DNA of 64,000 bases, from contig NC_043006.1 of assembly GCF_006345805.1 (NCBI RefSeq), forward strand, positions 84,568,001-84,632,000. Reading direction: 5' to 3'. Positions 12,747 to 25,904 of the stretch are shown piece after piece (positions within the stretch are counted from its first letter, which is position 1; each line of letters opens with the position of its first letter). Position numbers and translations under genes: made by a program. This DNA comes from Octopus sinensis (Eukaryota). The notes beneath the pieces are model-generated. The model did no database searches, was not told where the DNA came from, and saw nothing but the letters and a program-made list of their open reading frames with translations.

Positions 12747-12963
12747 TATATATAGGCACATGCGAGAGTAAATGTCGCACATACTATATTTTAAATTTCT
12801 CGTATACGCATTGTTTGTTTTTAATTTTGTCGATTACACAGTATAGTAGGGTTGGTTTGGCACCGTCTTTGAGAAAAACACCATTCATGATGCAATTCAC
12901 TCTGCCAGAAGTTTGGAAACGATATCCTGTATTGCTTGGCATTCGCGCCGGAAGCTCTAATAC

Positions 12964-13115
12964 GAACAGATGGTGAACACACGGAACAAACGTTGGCTGG
13001 CCGTGTTCCCAAAACATGTACTGAGAGTGATAAAAATCAAACATCTAATCAACTTTATGGTGTTTGGAGTGATCACTAGTGATAGTGACGCTATGTTTCC
13101 ATTCATCTTCCCACA
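12964..13115 (+). pseudogene. Tc1/mariner-superfamily transposase fragment (DD37D/maT-like, from recall), cut by the gap
   Basis: QMVNTRNKRWLAVFP...KHLINFMVFGVITSDSDAMFPFIFP matches the N.QN.RW and MV.GV.S.G..PP.IF segments. The catalytic residues are not in the fragment, so the family call is tentative. Confidence 0.65.
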
Positions 13116-13215
13116 NNNNNNNNNNNNNNNNNNNNNNNNNNNNNNNNNNNNNNNNNNNNNNNNNNNNNNNNNNNNNNNNNNNNNNNNNNNNNNNNNNNNN
13201 NNNNNNNNNNNNNNN
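13116..13215. other. Assembly gap (100 N)
   Basis: Exactly 100 N, a conventional unknown-size gap. Confidence 0.99.
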
Positions 13216-13338
13216 TTGTCGATGTCAAGACAACGAACTGAGTGTGCGGTTAGTTTTTGACTATTTTAAATTTTATGTATTGATTAAGTCTTTCCTTGTT
13301 TGTTTTGCAAAATAGGGGTTTTGTCTCCATAATAATTT

Positions 13339-13391
<53 letters not shown>

Positions 13392-13540
13392 ATATCATAC
13401 ATACATAATACATAAATATATATATATACATATGCCGTTATATGCATTAGAAACACTCGTAGTTACGGCTAGTCGCCAAGAGCTGGCGTTCCTTGTGGAC
13501 CTGCTGTGTTTGAAAACACAAAAGTCAGGCCTTATCAATG

Positions 13541-13574
<34 letters not shown>

Positions 13575-13912
13575 CACAACACACACACTCACTCAAGCAC
13601 ACACTCAAGCACGCACACACACAGATATAAAGAAAAACTGCATAAAATTATAAATTTCACATATAGTTCAAAATTTAATTTCACTGGAATAAAGCATTAT
13701 TATTTATATAATTACGTAATTAGAATACATAATTAATTTACTACATTATAATAACGTATTGGAGTTGTATATCAATTCAGCTATTAATTGCAGTGGGTAT
13801 ATTTTCTAATGCGTATTCAATACATACATTACATGCATACATACATACATACTTACGTGATACTTGTGTGAGTGTATATATATATGTGTGTGTGTGTATG
13901 TGAGTGAGTGTG

Positions 13913-14211
13913 TGGAGACGCAATGGCCCAGTGGTTAGGGCAGCGGACTTGCGGTTGTAGGATCGCGGTTTCGATTCCCAGACCGGGACTTGTGAGTAGA
14001 CCGAACCTGGAAGAAGCCCGTCGTATATGTATATATTTATACGTATGTATGTATATATGTTTGTGTGTCTGTGTTTATCCCCACAACACGGCTTGACGAC
14101 CGATGTTGGTGTATTTACGTCCCCGTAAATTAGCTGTTCGGCAAAAGAGAAACTGCTAGAATAAGTACTAGGCTTAGAAAGAATAAGCTATGGGGGCGAT
14201 TTGCTCGACTA
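13913..14211 (+). mobile_element. Chimeric SINE: family D tRNA head joined to family B body
   Basis: 13913-13987 matches the head of 31912-32273; the sequence from about 13990 matches family B (GAAGAAGCCCGTCG...TTTGCTCGACTA). Confidence 0.8.
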
Positions 14212-14598
14212 TTTGTTTCGGTTGTAAGACTGTGGCCATACTGGGGCATCGCATTGAAGAATTTTTAGTCGAATGAGTCGACTTCAGTGTTTATTTTTTA
14301 TTAAAGCCGGGTACTTATTATATCGGTTTCTTTTCCCGAACCGCTAAGTTACGATGACGTAAATCACACAAACACCGTTGTCAAGTGGTGGTGCTGGGGA
14401 CAACACACACACACAAACAAACTCACACATACAGGCACACACACGACAGGCTTCTTTCAGCTTCCATCTAACAAATCCACCCACAAAGCTTTGGTCGGAC
14501 CGAGGCCATAGCAGAAGACAGTTCCCCGAGGTACCACGCTGTGGGACTGATCCCGGAATCATGAGGTTGGAAAGCAAGCTTCTTACCCCACAGCCACG
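14212..14598 (-). mobile_element. SINE family B
   Basis: Full reverse-orientation copy directly abutting the preceding + copy. Confidence 0.85.
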
Positions 14599-14615
14599 AC
14601 ATATATGTATATCTG

Positions 14616-14843
14616 TTTCTTTATTACCCACAAGGGGCTAAACATAGAGGGGACAAACAAGGACAGACAAACGGATTAAGTCGATTATATCGACCCCAGT
14701 GCGTAACTGGTACTTAATTTATCGAGCCCGAAAGGATGAAAGGCAAAGTCGACCTCAGCGGAACTTGAACTCAGAACGTAACAGCAGACGAAATACGGCT
14801 ACGCATTTCGCCCGGCGTGCTAACGTTTCTGCCAGCTCGCCGC
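14616..14843 (-). mobile_element. SINE family A, full length
   Basis: Reverse complement of the 7128-7351 type. Confidence 0.9.
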
Positions 14844-15662
14844 ATATATGTATATCATCGTCATAACCATCATCATCATCATGTTCACAAACATAGCACG
14901 CTCAAATTCACTGTCCACTCGTTATCGTAAGCGAAAACCGAATAACTGACTCTTTGACTAGCAAACATCATTAACTAACCCAACTAAACAAATAAACAAA
15001 TAGATAAATAAATGAACGTAAATACATAAAAGACACCTGACATTGATTGATTACCAATTCCATGGTGCTGTAGGTTGGTGGTATAGTTGATCCTCCTCGA
15101 CTTATTATTTCTATTGTCGACTGATTGCTTGAACAACGAAACGATTTAGAAAATCAGAATGAGCGATTTACCATTTACAAGCGAAGGAACTATTCCTTGC
15201 TAGTCGATCAGATTATTACAATACTTGATGCAGATTTATTGTTCACTCTTAGCTTTGGACCCTTTTCTTTTTCTTTTTCAATATAACTTTTCCTTCGGAT
15301 TAAACGCCAATCATTTTGGCTCGCACGCACGCACACGCACAGACACATGTACTCACAAACACGCGAACGCGCATATGAATATCGAATATACATAATATAT
15401 ACATCATATATTTACATACATATGTCGTATATACACTGTGTATATATATATATATGGTATATATACGTCCTCTTTCATACGTTAACCAAGAGCACGTGTG
15501 TTTGAAAAAGATTAATCGAAAGCGTTCGCACATTCTAAGAAAAAAACTTCTAAAAAGGTTAGTAACATCCTGATAAAAGATGTTACAACTTATTTTTAAA
15601 AATAATAATTTTAAAAAGTCTCCTTAAACACTGTATTAAATAATTTCAGAAAGACTTTCAAA

Positions 15663-15693
<31 letters not shown>

Positions 15694-16104
15694 ACATGTG
15701 CACGCACACACACACATATGTAGATAACGTGTGTAGTAACAAAAGAAGTACACGTTAATATCATTGAAATAGAGAATGTATTAATCATATTATACAAATA
15801 TGAGCTTGTAGTTATCCGGTCCTTTCAATCGGATAACTTCTTATCCGAGGCTTGCCATGAAACTCCGAGTACTGTTTGTTCCATGCTTGTATAACATATG
15901 TGTATATGTACTTTTATGTACTACACAATGTAAATCAAGAAAACCGGAGTAAATTTAGTTATTTATAAAATCTAACAGTGACGAATCGTTTCAATGTTGA
16001 CTGCTCCATGTCGAATACGTACTTATCTTCTTCCAATCCATAAAAATAGATCATCTGCTTATAGAGTAACCATAATTTAAGCTAGCATATTAGTAATTAG
16101 CCTA

Positions 16105-16295
16105 TGTGGTGAGCTGTCAAAATCGTTACCGCGCCAGACAAAATGCTTAACGGCATTCCTTCTGGCTTTTAAATTTCAGAGTTCAAATTCTACCGAGGTA
16201 GAATTTGCTTTTCATCCTTTCGGGGTCGATAAAATAAGTAACAGGAGTCGATCTAATCGACTACTACTGGCCCTGTGCCAAAAATGTGAAACCAC
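16105..16295 (+). mobile_element. SINE family A, diverged (tail type 2); similar old copies at about 27135, 34160, 34722, 39040, 39430, 51100, 52970 and 56995
   Basis: GAGTTCAAATTC plus TTTCATCCTTTCGGGGTCGATAAAA core. Confidence 0.75.
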
Positions 16296-16799
16296 GCCAG
16301 TTTCTAACCTAATTTGTATATATTTATGCGTGTGTGTATACACACATGTATGTGAGTAAATATATTTGTATATATTTATGCGTGTGTGTATACACACATG
16401 TATGTGAGTAAATATATGTATATGTATGTTTCTATAAATTTATATTAATGACTCCACTTTCTCTGCATCAGTAAATGCTATCTTAATCTTAATCTTACTT
16501 TAAAATAATAACGTTCTTAAATTTTACACGTGCTCACACACACATGCGCGTGTATCTGTTTATGTATGCATGTACATGTATGTGTGCGCACGCTTATGTA
16601 TACCACTTCCGGGATTTTACCATGCCGTGTTAGTTAGGTACACGTTTCTTTATTTTCCCCTCCTTGCCTATTGTTTCAGAAGAAGAATGTGTACCCGAAA
16701 CTTAAAGGCTTTTCCTTCTGTTTCTTCCTATTTCCTAAGCGTAAATTACATACACCCTGATTGTTTATTTTTTAACTCATCTTCGTGTTATGTATCCTT

Positions 16800-16929
16800 T
16801 GGTGGTAAGAGGTTGGCTTCCCAACTACATGGTTCCGGGTTCAGTCCCACTGCATTGGCACCTACTATAGTTTCAGGTTGACCAAAACCTTGTCAGGGGA
16901 TTTGGTAGACGGAAACGGAAAGAAGTCCG

Positions 16930-16932
<3 letters not shown>
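16800..16932 (+). mobile_element. SINE family B, head only
   Basis: CATGGTTCCGGGTTCAGTCCCACTG...GGATTTGGTAGACGGAAAC. Confidence 0.75.
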
Positions 16933-16967
<35 letters not shown>

Positions 16968-17170
16968 TAATAATAGAAGGGTAAAATTTATTAATCAAAT
17001 TAAATTAATTAATTAATTAATTAAATGTGATCATTGTTTTTCTCTTTGCCTTCGTAAAAAAGTATGTTTATCATCATGGAGATTCTATATAAGCAGCAGT
17101 AAAGGAACTTTAACTCCTATTTCTAAATCGGTATAGGTGGTGAAGCAATTAGCTGAACCCTAATTATAAT

Positions 17171-17215
<45 letters not shown>

Positions 17216-18831
17216 GTGTATGTATGAGTGCGTGTGTATGAGTGTATGCGTGTATGTATATATGTATGTACGTATGTATGTATGTATGCGTGTATGGTGT
17301 ATGCACTTTTGCATGTGTGCATGTGTGTGTATGTGTGTGAGAGAGAAAAAGAGAGAGAGAGCGCGAATTGAAGCATCCAAGAAATCAATAAAAAAAAACA
17401 ATAAATAGTGGCCTGATAGAAGAAAATAACACCACCGCCCAAGTTGGCGTTGGAGAGAACAGAACTTGATGTTTCTGAAACAATCAAGGAACTAATTCCA
17501 TCAACAACCTTGGCACTAGGCTTAAAAATCACTTCTACAAAAATCGAATTAATTACTACTTTATAAAAGTATGTATGCACATACTTTTGCCATCATTGAA
17601 TTCAGTCGCTAACCGTTATTATGGAAGTTCATGACATTGGACTTGTACTTGCTGAGAGGATGAGCAAGAAGTTTATGATATAAAGGAGTTTTTTTTTTAA
17701 GAGAAAACCACGAGAATTGATTCCGAAAACATACTGGTGATGAGAAGTAAGGAATTGTCGTGCGCACTTTATCATGAAAAATGAAAGAAGCTTCTCATGT
17801 TCATGTTAACATGTTTGTTTAGCAGTGCTGTTTTGTGTTTGTGGTTTGTGTTTTATACATCAACGCTTACAAAAAAAAAAAGACCATTTCAATCTAACGG
17901 TTCTGTTCCCGTTATGCAAGATCGTTAAAAAAGTTATCTTCAAAAAGAATTCGCTAGTAAAGATAATTTTCGTTTTCTTCGAGATAAAAAATACAATTAC
18001 TATTTACTAAAAAAAAAAAATAATATCTACTAAGACTACTTTACATCTTTTACTTATCCCTTCCTGTTTTTTGTTAACATTAAGGGTAGTGAATTTCCTG
18101 AACTTAGATCCAGCAACATAATTGATGTGAAAGAACATATCTTTATTTTTACTGACCATACTAAGCTAATTTCATCAAGCTTCCGTCTTCCATACATTGT
18201 ATGTATAAAGATAATTCTGTATGAATACTTAGAATTGAACCATCATTGTAACCATACTGCTCTGATGATCCGATGAGCTAGCTTTCTTTATCAGCATTGA
18301 TTTGTGAATAAACAGTAGTAATTATCTGCACTAATGTGTATGCTACGCATTAAACATTAGCGCAGGCATTTAAACATAATTTATTATACACTGAAATTAT
18401 TATTACATGAAGGCTGCGAAACGGCTGTAAGCCTAAGAATGACAAATGGTTAAATAAATATATCCACCTCTCATACCTCCTGAATTTTTATGGTTTATAT
18501 ACTCCTCATAAGATAATTTCATCGATCAGATCACCTAAATTTCAGCTGCATGGAACTCTGCATTATATCCCCCCTGCACTGGATTACTATGTTTACTACT
18601 AGCCATACCATTCTATCAATCCATATATCACACAAATATATATGTATGTGTGTATATGTGTGTGTGTTTGTGTGTGTGCGCGCGTGTACGGTGTGTGGTG
18701 CGTATATATATATTATAATATATATATATATATATTGAATTATAGATAAAACCACTATTAGGCAAATCAAACAATGAAAAACTTAAGCCAATACATAAAA
18801 TTATTAATTTAAATTAATTAATTTATATATA

Positions 18832-18886
<55 letters not shown>

Positions 18887-18971
18887 TATATACAAGCATA
18901 CATATATATATTTATGTGTGTGTTATATATGTGTGTAGAAGGTTGAAAAGGAACATACGAGTTTATATAAT

Positions 18972-19398
18972 GGCTTGCTTACGAACCATGGTTCCAGGGT
19001 TCAGTCTCACTGTCGTGGCAGAACCTTTGAGCAAGTGCTTCTACTATAGCCTCGGCCCGACCAAAGCCTTGTGAGTGATTTGGTAGACGGAAACTGAAAA
19101 AGCCCTCGTATATATGTATATATATATATCATATATATATGTGTGTGTGTTGTGTGTTTGTGTGTGTGTGTGTGTGTGTGTCTAATGTTTGTGTATCTAT
19201 GTTTGTGCCCCCCACATTCGTTTGACAAAAACCGATGGTGGTGTGTGTTACGTGCTGGTTCCCTGAACTAGCGGTTAGGCGAAGCGAACGATAGAATAAG
19301 TATTGGGTACAAAGTAATACGTCCCTGGGTCAATTTGCTCGACGAAAGGAGGCTGCTCCGGCCTTGCCACCGAGTCAAAAGACTTGACACAGTAAATA
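18972..19398 (+). mobile_element. SINE family B, diverged
   Basis: Head, central microsatellite and tail motifs are all recognisable. Confidence 0.75.
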
Positions 19399-19459
19399 GT
19401 ATATATATATATATATATATATATACATACTATTTATTATATACACATACATACACACT

Positions 19460-19525
<66 letters not shown>

Positions 19526-20049
19526 TAGATAGACAGACAGACAGACACAGACATGCTCGAATAATATGTGTATCATGTGTAAGTATTTTGAAGTTGGTAA
19601 CGGTGCACCACTTAAATATTAATTATTAATCTCTTCACTTTTCAATCACCTTCAATCTATTATTGATAATTGATTCAACAAAACATTACAAGATGGTGTC
19701 TGAGAACAAATCATTGCATATTTTATTGAAATTACTCACAAACTAAGCTGGTGTTTATTTAATTATATTTGATAAGGTTACTCTTAAATGAATAACAGAA
19801 GAATTGCTTCGTGTATTGGGCGCCATTTCGTCTGAGGTGTAACACTCTATGTTAATATGGCTCCTATTCTCTAGTTAGGTGAACCGAGGCGACCAACAGT
19901 AAATATGCTTCTGGAACAACACAAAGAAATGTCGATGCGATGACGAATCCTCTCTGCAGTTGTCCCACTTGCGAAAATTAGTAAAGTTTCTCTCAATCAA
20001 ATACTCTGCCGTGTTAACAATGGACAAACAAATTGAATAACGTGTTCCC

Positions 20050-20138
<89 letters not shown>

Positions 20139-20838
20139 CTATCTATCTATCTATCTATCTGTTTGTCACTCTGTCTATCTGTCTGTTTATCTACATATAC
20201 ATTAGTGTCCATCTGTTCTAATTTAATTTAATTCTATGTCTTTGTGCAGCTGAAGATTGCTCTGCATTTTAAATTGATGTAATGATTGCATTGTTCAATT
20301 AAATGGAGTTCCATGAAATGATCGTACTGCATTATCTCTGGATATCCTTCTTGCTTATTTTGATATATTATTATGTATTTATATATATATATAAATAATG
20401 TGGGAAAGTTTACGAAAAAAACAAAGACGAAGACAGGTGGTGTAACAAAACAAACAGATGTCTTAGTATAACTCCTCAGGAAGAGAAAAAGTCTTTTACA
20501 TTTCGTGCCTACGTCTTCTACAAAAGGGACACAGAAAAAAAACAAGGAGAGAAATAAGGAGAGAAAAAATGTGTGTAGTGGCTAACGATCCATCATGGCG
20601 TCTGACCATGTATATATATATGCATGCGTGTGTATGTATGTATGCATGTATGTATGCATGCCTGGATGACTGAATGTCTGTGTATAGATTTGTACAAACA
20701 TCATGCATTCATATATATAGTTATGTATGTACGCATGCATATGTGCATTATGTCCATGTATCAATACATGCTAACATGCGTGTATGTGTCTATAAATATA
20801 TATGCATATATATATATATATGCTGTATGTATATATGT

Positions 20839-20886
<48 letters not shown>

Positions 20887-20906
20887 AATATATATCTATA
20901 TATATA

Positions 20907-20941
<35 letters not shown>

Positions 20942-21060
20942 GTGTAGGTATGTATGTATATATGTATGTACATATATGCATGTGTTCGTAGCCATGTAAT
21001 GGTACAAATACTTTTCGCAGACTATTCTCTTCCCTCTTTCCTGACTTTTCCCTCTTTTTT

Positions 21061-21092
21061 CTTTCTGACGAAGCGCTATGCTCGAAACGTCA
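21061..21092 (+). ncRNA. Minimal hammerhead-like motif
   Basis: CTGACGA-A-GCGC-TAT-GCTC-GAA-ACGT-C: core intact, one helix II mismatch, poor helix I. Related to the motif at 22722. Confidence 0.5.
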
Positions 21093-21727
21093 CACCCTCT
21101 CTTTTTTCATCTTAAATTTTCTCTGAGCGTCAAGCTAATAGATTCACTGTGTACGTCTTTTTGCCTTTTATTGTCTTTTCTGTTTTTGATTTGCCTTTAA
21201 GTATATGTATATATCGTGAAGTATATTTGCCACTTAAATGTGGCTAACCCATAAGGGTGGATGCTACTGTAGCTTGTAGCCCCAGGAGGACACCTCCTCC
21301 AGCTGGCTATTGACATACTTTCTGTGCCCTATCAGTATTTTCAAAGGGAAGCCATCCTTCCCGTCTTCAACCTATGATACACAAGGACTCGAGTTTTTAG
21401 GTATTGACCCGTCATCAGCGTGTGACAATCACGAGTTGTCGATGAAAAGTAGGCCTCCCTTTGCAAATATATATCCCTTTTCCAGTGACGAAAATTCACT
21501 GGTATCGAAAAAGTGTTTCTCGATGTTTGCTATTTCATTGCTTCGCATTATGAGCAGTGTCAGAGCGAGAACGGTCATCAGCTCGAAAACAGGCATTCAT
21601 TCTGTCAGCAGATTCCATTAAATTTTCAAAAGGAAGTATATTTTAATAAACATTGACTTTATAACCATTCAACGTGCGTATACATTTTTGTGGGGATTAC
21701 CTGTGTATATATATTTACACTCAAAAA

Positions 21728-21957
21728 GGCGGCGAGCTGGCAGAAACGTTAGCACGCCGAGCGAAATGTCTAGCGGTATTTCGTCTGCCGCTACGTTCTC
21801 AGTTCAAATTCCGCCGAGGTCGACTTTGCCTTTCATCCTTTTGGGGTCGATAAATTAAGTACCAGTCACGCACTGGGGTTGATATAATCGACTTAATCCG
21901 TTTGTCTGTCCTTGTTTGTCCTCACTGTGTTTAGCCCCTTGTGGGTAGTAAAGAAAT
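21728..21957 (+). mobile_element. SINE family A, full length
   Basis: Same head, core and tail as 7128. Confidence 0.9.
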
Positions 21958-22669
21958 ATATATTTACACACACACATATATATACCTTTATAATTCCTTC
22001 CCTTTCCGTGTTGTTTATGTTCTTTACACTGCTAAGAACATATTCAAACCGTTATCTTCTAACTTTAACCACTAATTCACCGTTTCACCATTTAATAAAA
22101 ATGAATAGGCGACTGTTACATTTAGACAAAAATCTAGTATCAGAATCTAGATAGAAGATTAGAAAAAAATTTGATACAGATAAAAATAGTAATATATAAG
22201 ACTCAGAAATATACACAATTGGACAATTATGTAAACAGTGTATATAACTATCAAATAAATAGCATTTTTTTTATATCTATCTCGTGGGATGGACGGCTTG
22301 TTGTCAGTTAATTCAAGACGCATTTCACAATGATAGCTCTCAATGATAATGTAATAAGCTAACTCAAAACATCAGTCATCGTTGATATTGCAAAGTGTTT
22401 CTGCACTAAACTGAAATAAATTTACGCTGTGTCATAGAAATAATATGGTTATGTGTTATGAGATGTTAAGAGCAGAGTATATGACAACGTTTAGTCTTCA
22501 TAGAATTTTACACACATTCATACACACACACACATAAATAGATACTCACATACATGCATGTGTATATTTTAATATACATACATATATACATATAGATAAA
22601 CATACATTTGTATGTATATATTATATATATATATGCGCATATATGTAACCGCGTGTGTACCGTTGGTGA

Positions 22670-22851
22670 TTTTTTTTCCCTCCGTCTTCCCTTCTCTGGA
22701 TCTTTCCGTTTTCCTATGTTTCTGACGGAGAGCTCCGCTCGAAACGTAAACCGTCCTTCTTTCCTTCCTTTCTTGAGCGTCCAATAATACTATGTTGTTC
22801 CACGTCCTCGCGTTTTGTGTTTTCTCTTTGTGTTTTCAGTTTGGATTAACT

Positions 22852-22852
<1 letters not shown>
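22670..22852 (+). mobile_element. Short (TA)n-flanked element carrying a hammerhead-like motif (22718-22751)
   Basis: GTTT-CTGACGG-A-GAGC-TCC-GCTC-GAA-ACGT-AAAC: perfect helix II and GTTT/AAAC helix I, but A9 is changed to G. Confidence 0.55.
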
Positions 22853-22901
<49 letters not shown>

Positions 22902-23034
22902 TATATATAGATATATATATTATAATATATATATATATATCTATATATATATATATATAAATATATATATGTATATATATATAGTATATATATATCTATA
23001 TATATATATATATATTATTATATATATATATAGC

Positions 23035-23204
23035 ATTGCTGGACAACCGATGCTGGTGTGTTTACGTCCCCGTCACTTAGCGGTTCGGCAAAGAGACCGA
23101 TAGAATAAGTACTGGGCTTACAAAGAATAAGTCGACTAAAGGCGTGCTCCAGCATGGCCGCAGTCAAATGACTGAAACAGTAAAAGAGTAAAAGAAGTAA
23201 AGAG

Positions 23205-23289
<85 letters not shown>

Positions 23290-23785
23290 GTGTGTGTTGT
23301 ATGTATGCATATATATATACACATCTGCATGCCTATATATATATTGGTCCTTCGAGAATGATATTTCATGTGTTACATATTGAAAGCTCTCGTGCTTGTG
23401 AAAATGTATTCTCTAAATGAGAATATATATATAGTAGCTTGTTTCCCAACCTCATGATTCCTAGTTCAGTCCCACTGTGTGGCACTTCGGGCAAGTATCT
23501 TCTACGATAGTTTCCGTCTACCAAATCCACTCACAAGGCTTTGGTTGGCCCATGGTTTTAGTAGAAGATACTTGCCCAAGGTGCCACGCAGTTAGATCTG
23601 AACCCGAACCATGTGGTTCGTAAGCAAGCTACTTACCACACAGTTACTCCTATAAAGAATCCACACACAAGGCTTATGTCAGCCTGGGGTTATATTAGAA
23701 GTCATTTGCCCAAGGTACCATGCAGTAGGATTGAACTAGAAACCATGTAGTTGGGAAGCAAATCTCTTACCACACAGTCACTGAA
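23035..23785. mobile_element. Cluster of SINE B pieces: tail (+) 23035-23195, head (+) about 23430-23510, heads (-) about 23510-23655 and 23660-23785
   Basis: Family B motifs in both orientations. Confidence 0.75.
23341..23422 (+). repeat. 82-bp segment, inverted copy of 26544-26625
   Basis: Reverse-complement alignment by eye: 2 mismatches. Confidence 0.9.
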
Positions 23786-24368
23786 TACAGCTAAGTCGAT
23801 TACTAATTTAATTTGGTCATCCGAAATAGTTTTAGTAATAATCGCTCTTGTTACGTAAGGGTCACAAAGTTCATCAGGTCACCAAATCGGAATAAACTTC
23901 ACAGCAACCATATTAACGCATAATAGTAGTATGTAACACGATGACAAATATCAGTCGAGAGATCAAAGTTTGAAAGGAAAATAAACCGCGTACCAAATAC
24001 GCAAAGAGAAATTTGACATAAATATGACATATAAAAATACTAGCTGTCATTCATTCCCAGTGGTTCACATTCTAACTAACCCATAGCTAAGACCTCGTAG
24101 GTGCTACTACTCCAGGTCAGAATAAACCTGGCAACAAGTAGTGGCTCAAAGGTGATTACACACTCCTGAAAATCCTAGAACTCCTGTACTAGGGCTCCTC
24201 TATTGGGTGCTGTTTAAGGTCATACCAATGCAATACATACATAGGTACGAACGGACATGCGTAAATTATATATATGTGTGTGTGTGTATTCAAGATAAAA
24301 AGAAAAGACGGAATGTACCAACAAAAATTGTTTCATTTTCAAGATGCACTGTCCCTTATAGGTGTAGA

Positions 24369-24408
<40 letters not shown>

Positions 24409-24409
<1 letters not shown>

Positions 24410-25748
24410 TAGCTGAAGGTGACCCGCTCTACGCGCGGGTAAGAGTGTGGTATATATATAATACATACAAATTATATATATATATAAATATACAAATTAT
24501 ATATATATATATATATATAAATACAGATATATACACTTTGTATATATACATTATATATACATATTTATATATAGATACACACACACACACACACACACAC
24601 ACATAAATTAATTTCATTTTGAGGCCTCTGCTAATGTCCTGTGTAAGTGGTCGTCATTGAGAAGTAGTCCGCGCCTCAAACATGCTTCCTGTAAGTGGCG
24701 CAGATGATACCATCAACCGTGCGAAGATCAGCAAAAGACTTCGGTCCAGTAACTACATGAAGTAGCATTCTCAAAAAGAAGATTTCCTGTTTGGTAGGAT
24801 GAATATTATACACACGCCCAATGACGTTCTTCCTAGAAACACCGGGCCAATTGTCAAGTTCTGTTCCAAGTGACCTGCGCTTCCAATTATTGTTGTTGTA
24901 TGTGTAATATTCCGGTACTTCAGGCAAACTCATCCAGTGAACACAATTAAAAAGTCCCTTTTGGATTTTCAATGGCTTGACGTGCATTTTTCTCTGTGAA
25001 GTAAACCAGTTGTCTCTTCTGTAAATGAACATTCAGGTGGAAAACTGATGGTGAGCTTAGATGAATCTCGTATCGAAAAATGCGCCACGCTGCATAATTG
25101 GAGGATACATACCTACCCAAAACGAATTGTTTAATTTCGTCATGTCTAAGGTCTTCATCACTGAACACAAACACGGCCATATCATCGCCCTTATTAATGT
25201 ACTTGCAGAGGTATTGTATGCATCTCACCGAACTGCAGTACTCAACGTTAATGTGTGCATTAAATGTTTTGGAAAGCAAAGGGTTGAATGGAACAATCCT
25301 GGCATTATCAACATCGAATGTTATTAACCGTTGTCTAACTGTAGCTGTGCGACCACCGAAACCTGTGTGGTGGTGGTGGCGATGATAATTGTCTGTATGA
25401 ATGCAGACAGACGTGTAGAGACAGTGTGAAAGCGCTGTAGAACGCCGTTTGACGAATCGACGTTATATATAGAAAGTGATGGGAAGGGAGGAAATAGAGT
25501 GAGTGAGCGAGGAAGACAGATACATAAAAGACTCAGAGTGGACTTGTCAAAGTGGGTTTTTGGCCGTAGCAACGACCCCTTTTAAGATAGAGATTTCTAA
25601 CGTAGCCCACGGGCATCGTCACCTCATTTTACATGTCTCTGTAAATTTTGGAGTCAATCCGACGGGATGTAGTGGCGTTGAAAGCGGGCCAAGCGGTCGA
25701 GTCAAACAAACAAACAAACTTTTCGCATTTCAGTTTTATAAATAGAGA
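24409..25748 (-). mobile_element. Internally deleted Helitron with both termini
   Basis: Minus strand: A|TCTCTATTTATAAAAC...(GTTT)3 at the 5' end (25748); hairpin ACCCGC/GCGGGT (24422-24440) followed by CTAG|T at the 3' end (24409-24412); AT target site; internal RepHel fragment on the same strand. Confidence 0.85.
24621..25370 (-). pseudogene. Helitron Rep/helicase fragment, frameshifted
   Basis: FDVDNARIVPFNPLLSKTFNAHINVEYCSSVRCIQYLCKYINKG, DEIKQFVLGRYVSS, IGRVYNIHP, FFLRMLLHVVTGPKSFADLRTVDG, (E)ACLRRGLL: hallmark RepHel motifs. Confidence 0.92.
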
Positions 25749-25904
25749 TATGTGCGCATGTATTTATTCTTGTTTCTTCTGTTACTTGTTTCAATCATTT
25801 GACTGCGGCCATACTGGAGCACCGCATTTAGTCGAACAAATCAACCCAAGGCTTATTCTTTGTAATCCTAGTACTTATTCTATCGGAGAATGGATTGGGT
25901 GGAA

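Noticed and set aside
17400-17570. Complex, stop-poor segment that might be a host exon
   Set aside because: No recognisable domain and no convincing splice-site pair; cannot be supported without RNA or homology data.
21330-21720. Complex sequence with a 103-aa ORF, possibly a transposon remnant
   Set aside because: No frame gave a motif I could assign.
23820-23885. Minus-strand CTGATGA with a plausible helix II (similar partial cases at about 21410 and 54730)
   Set aside because: The second half of the core is not recognisable; too decayed to call.
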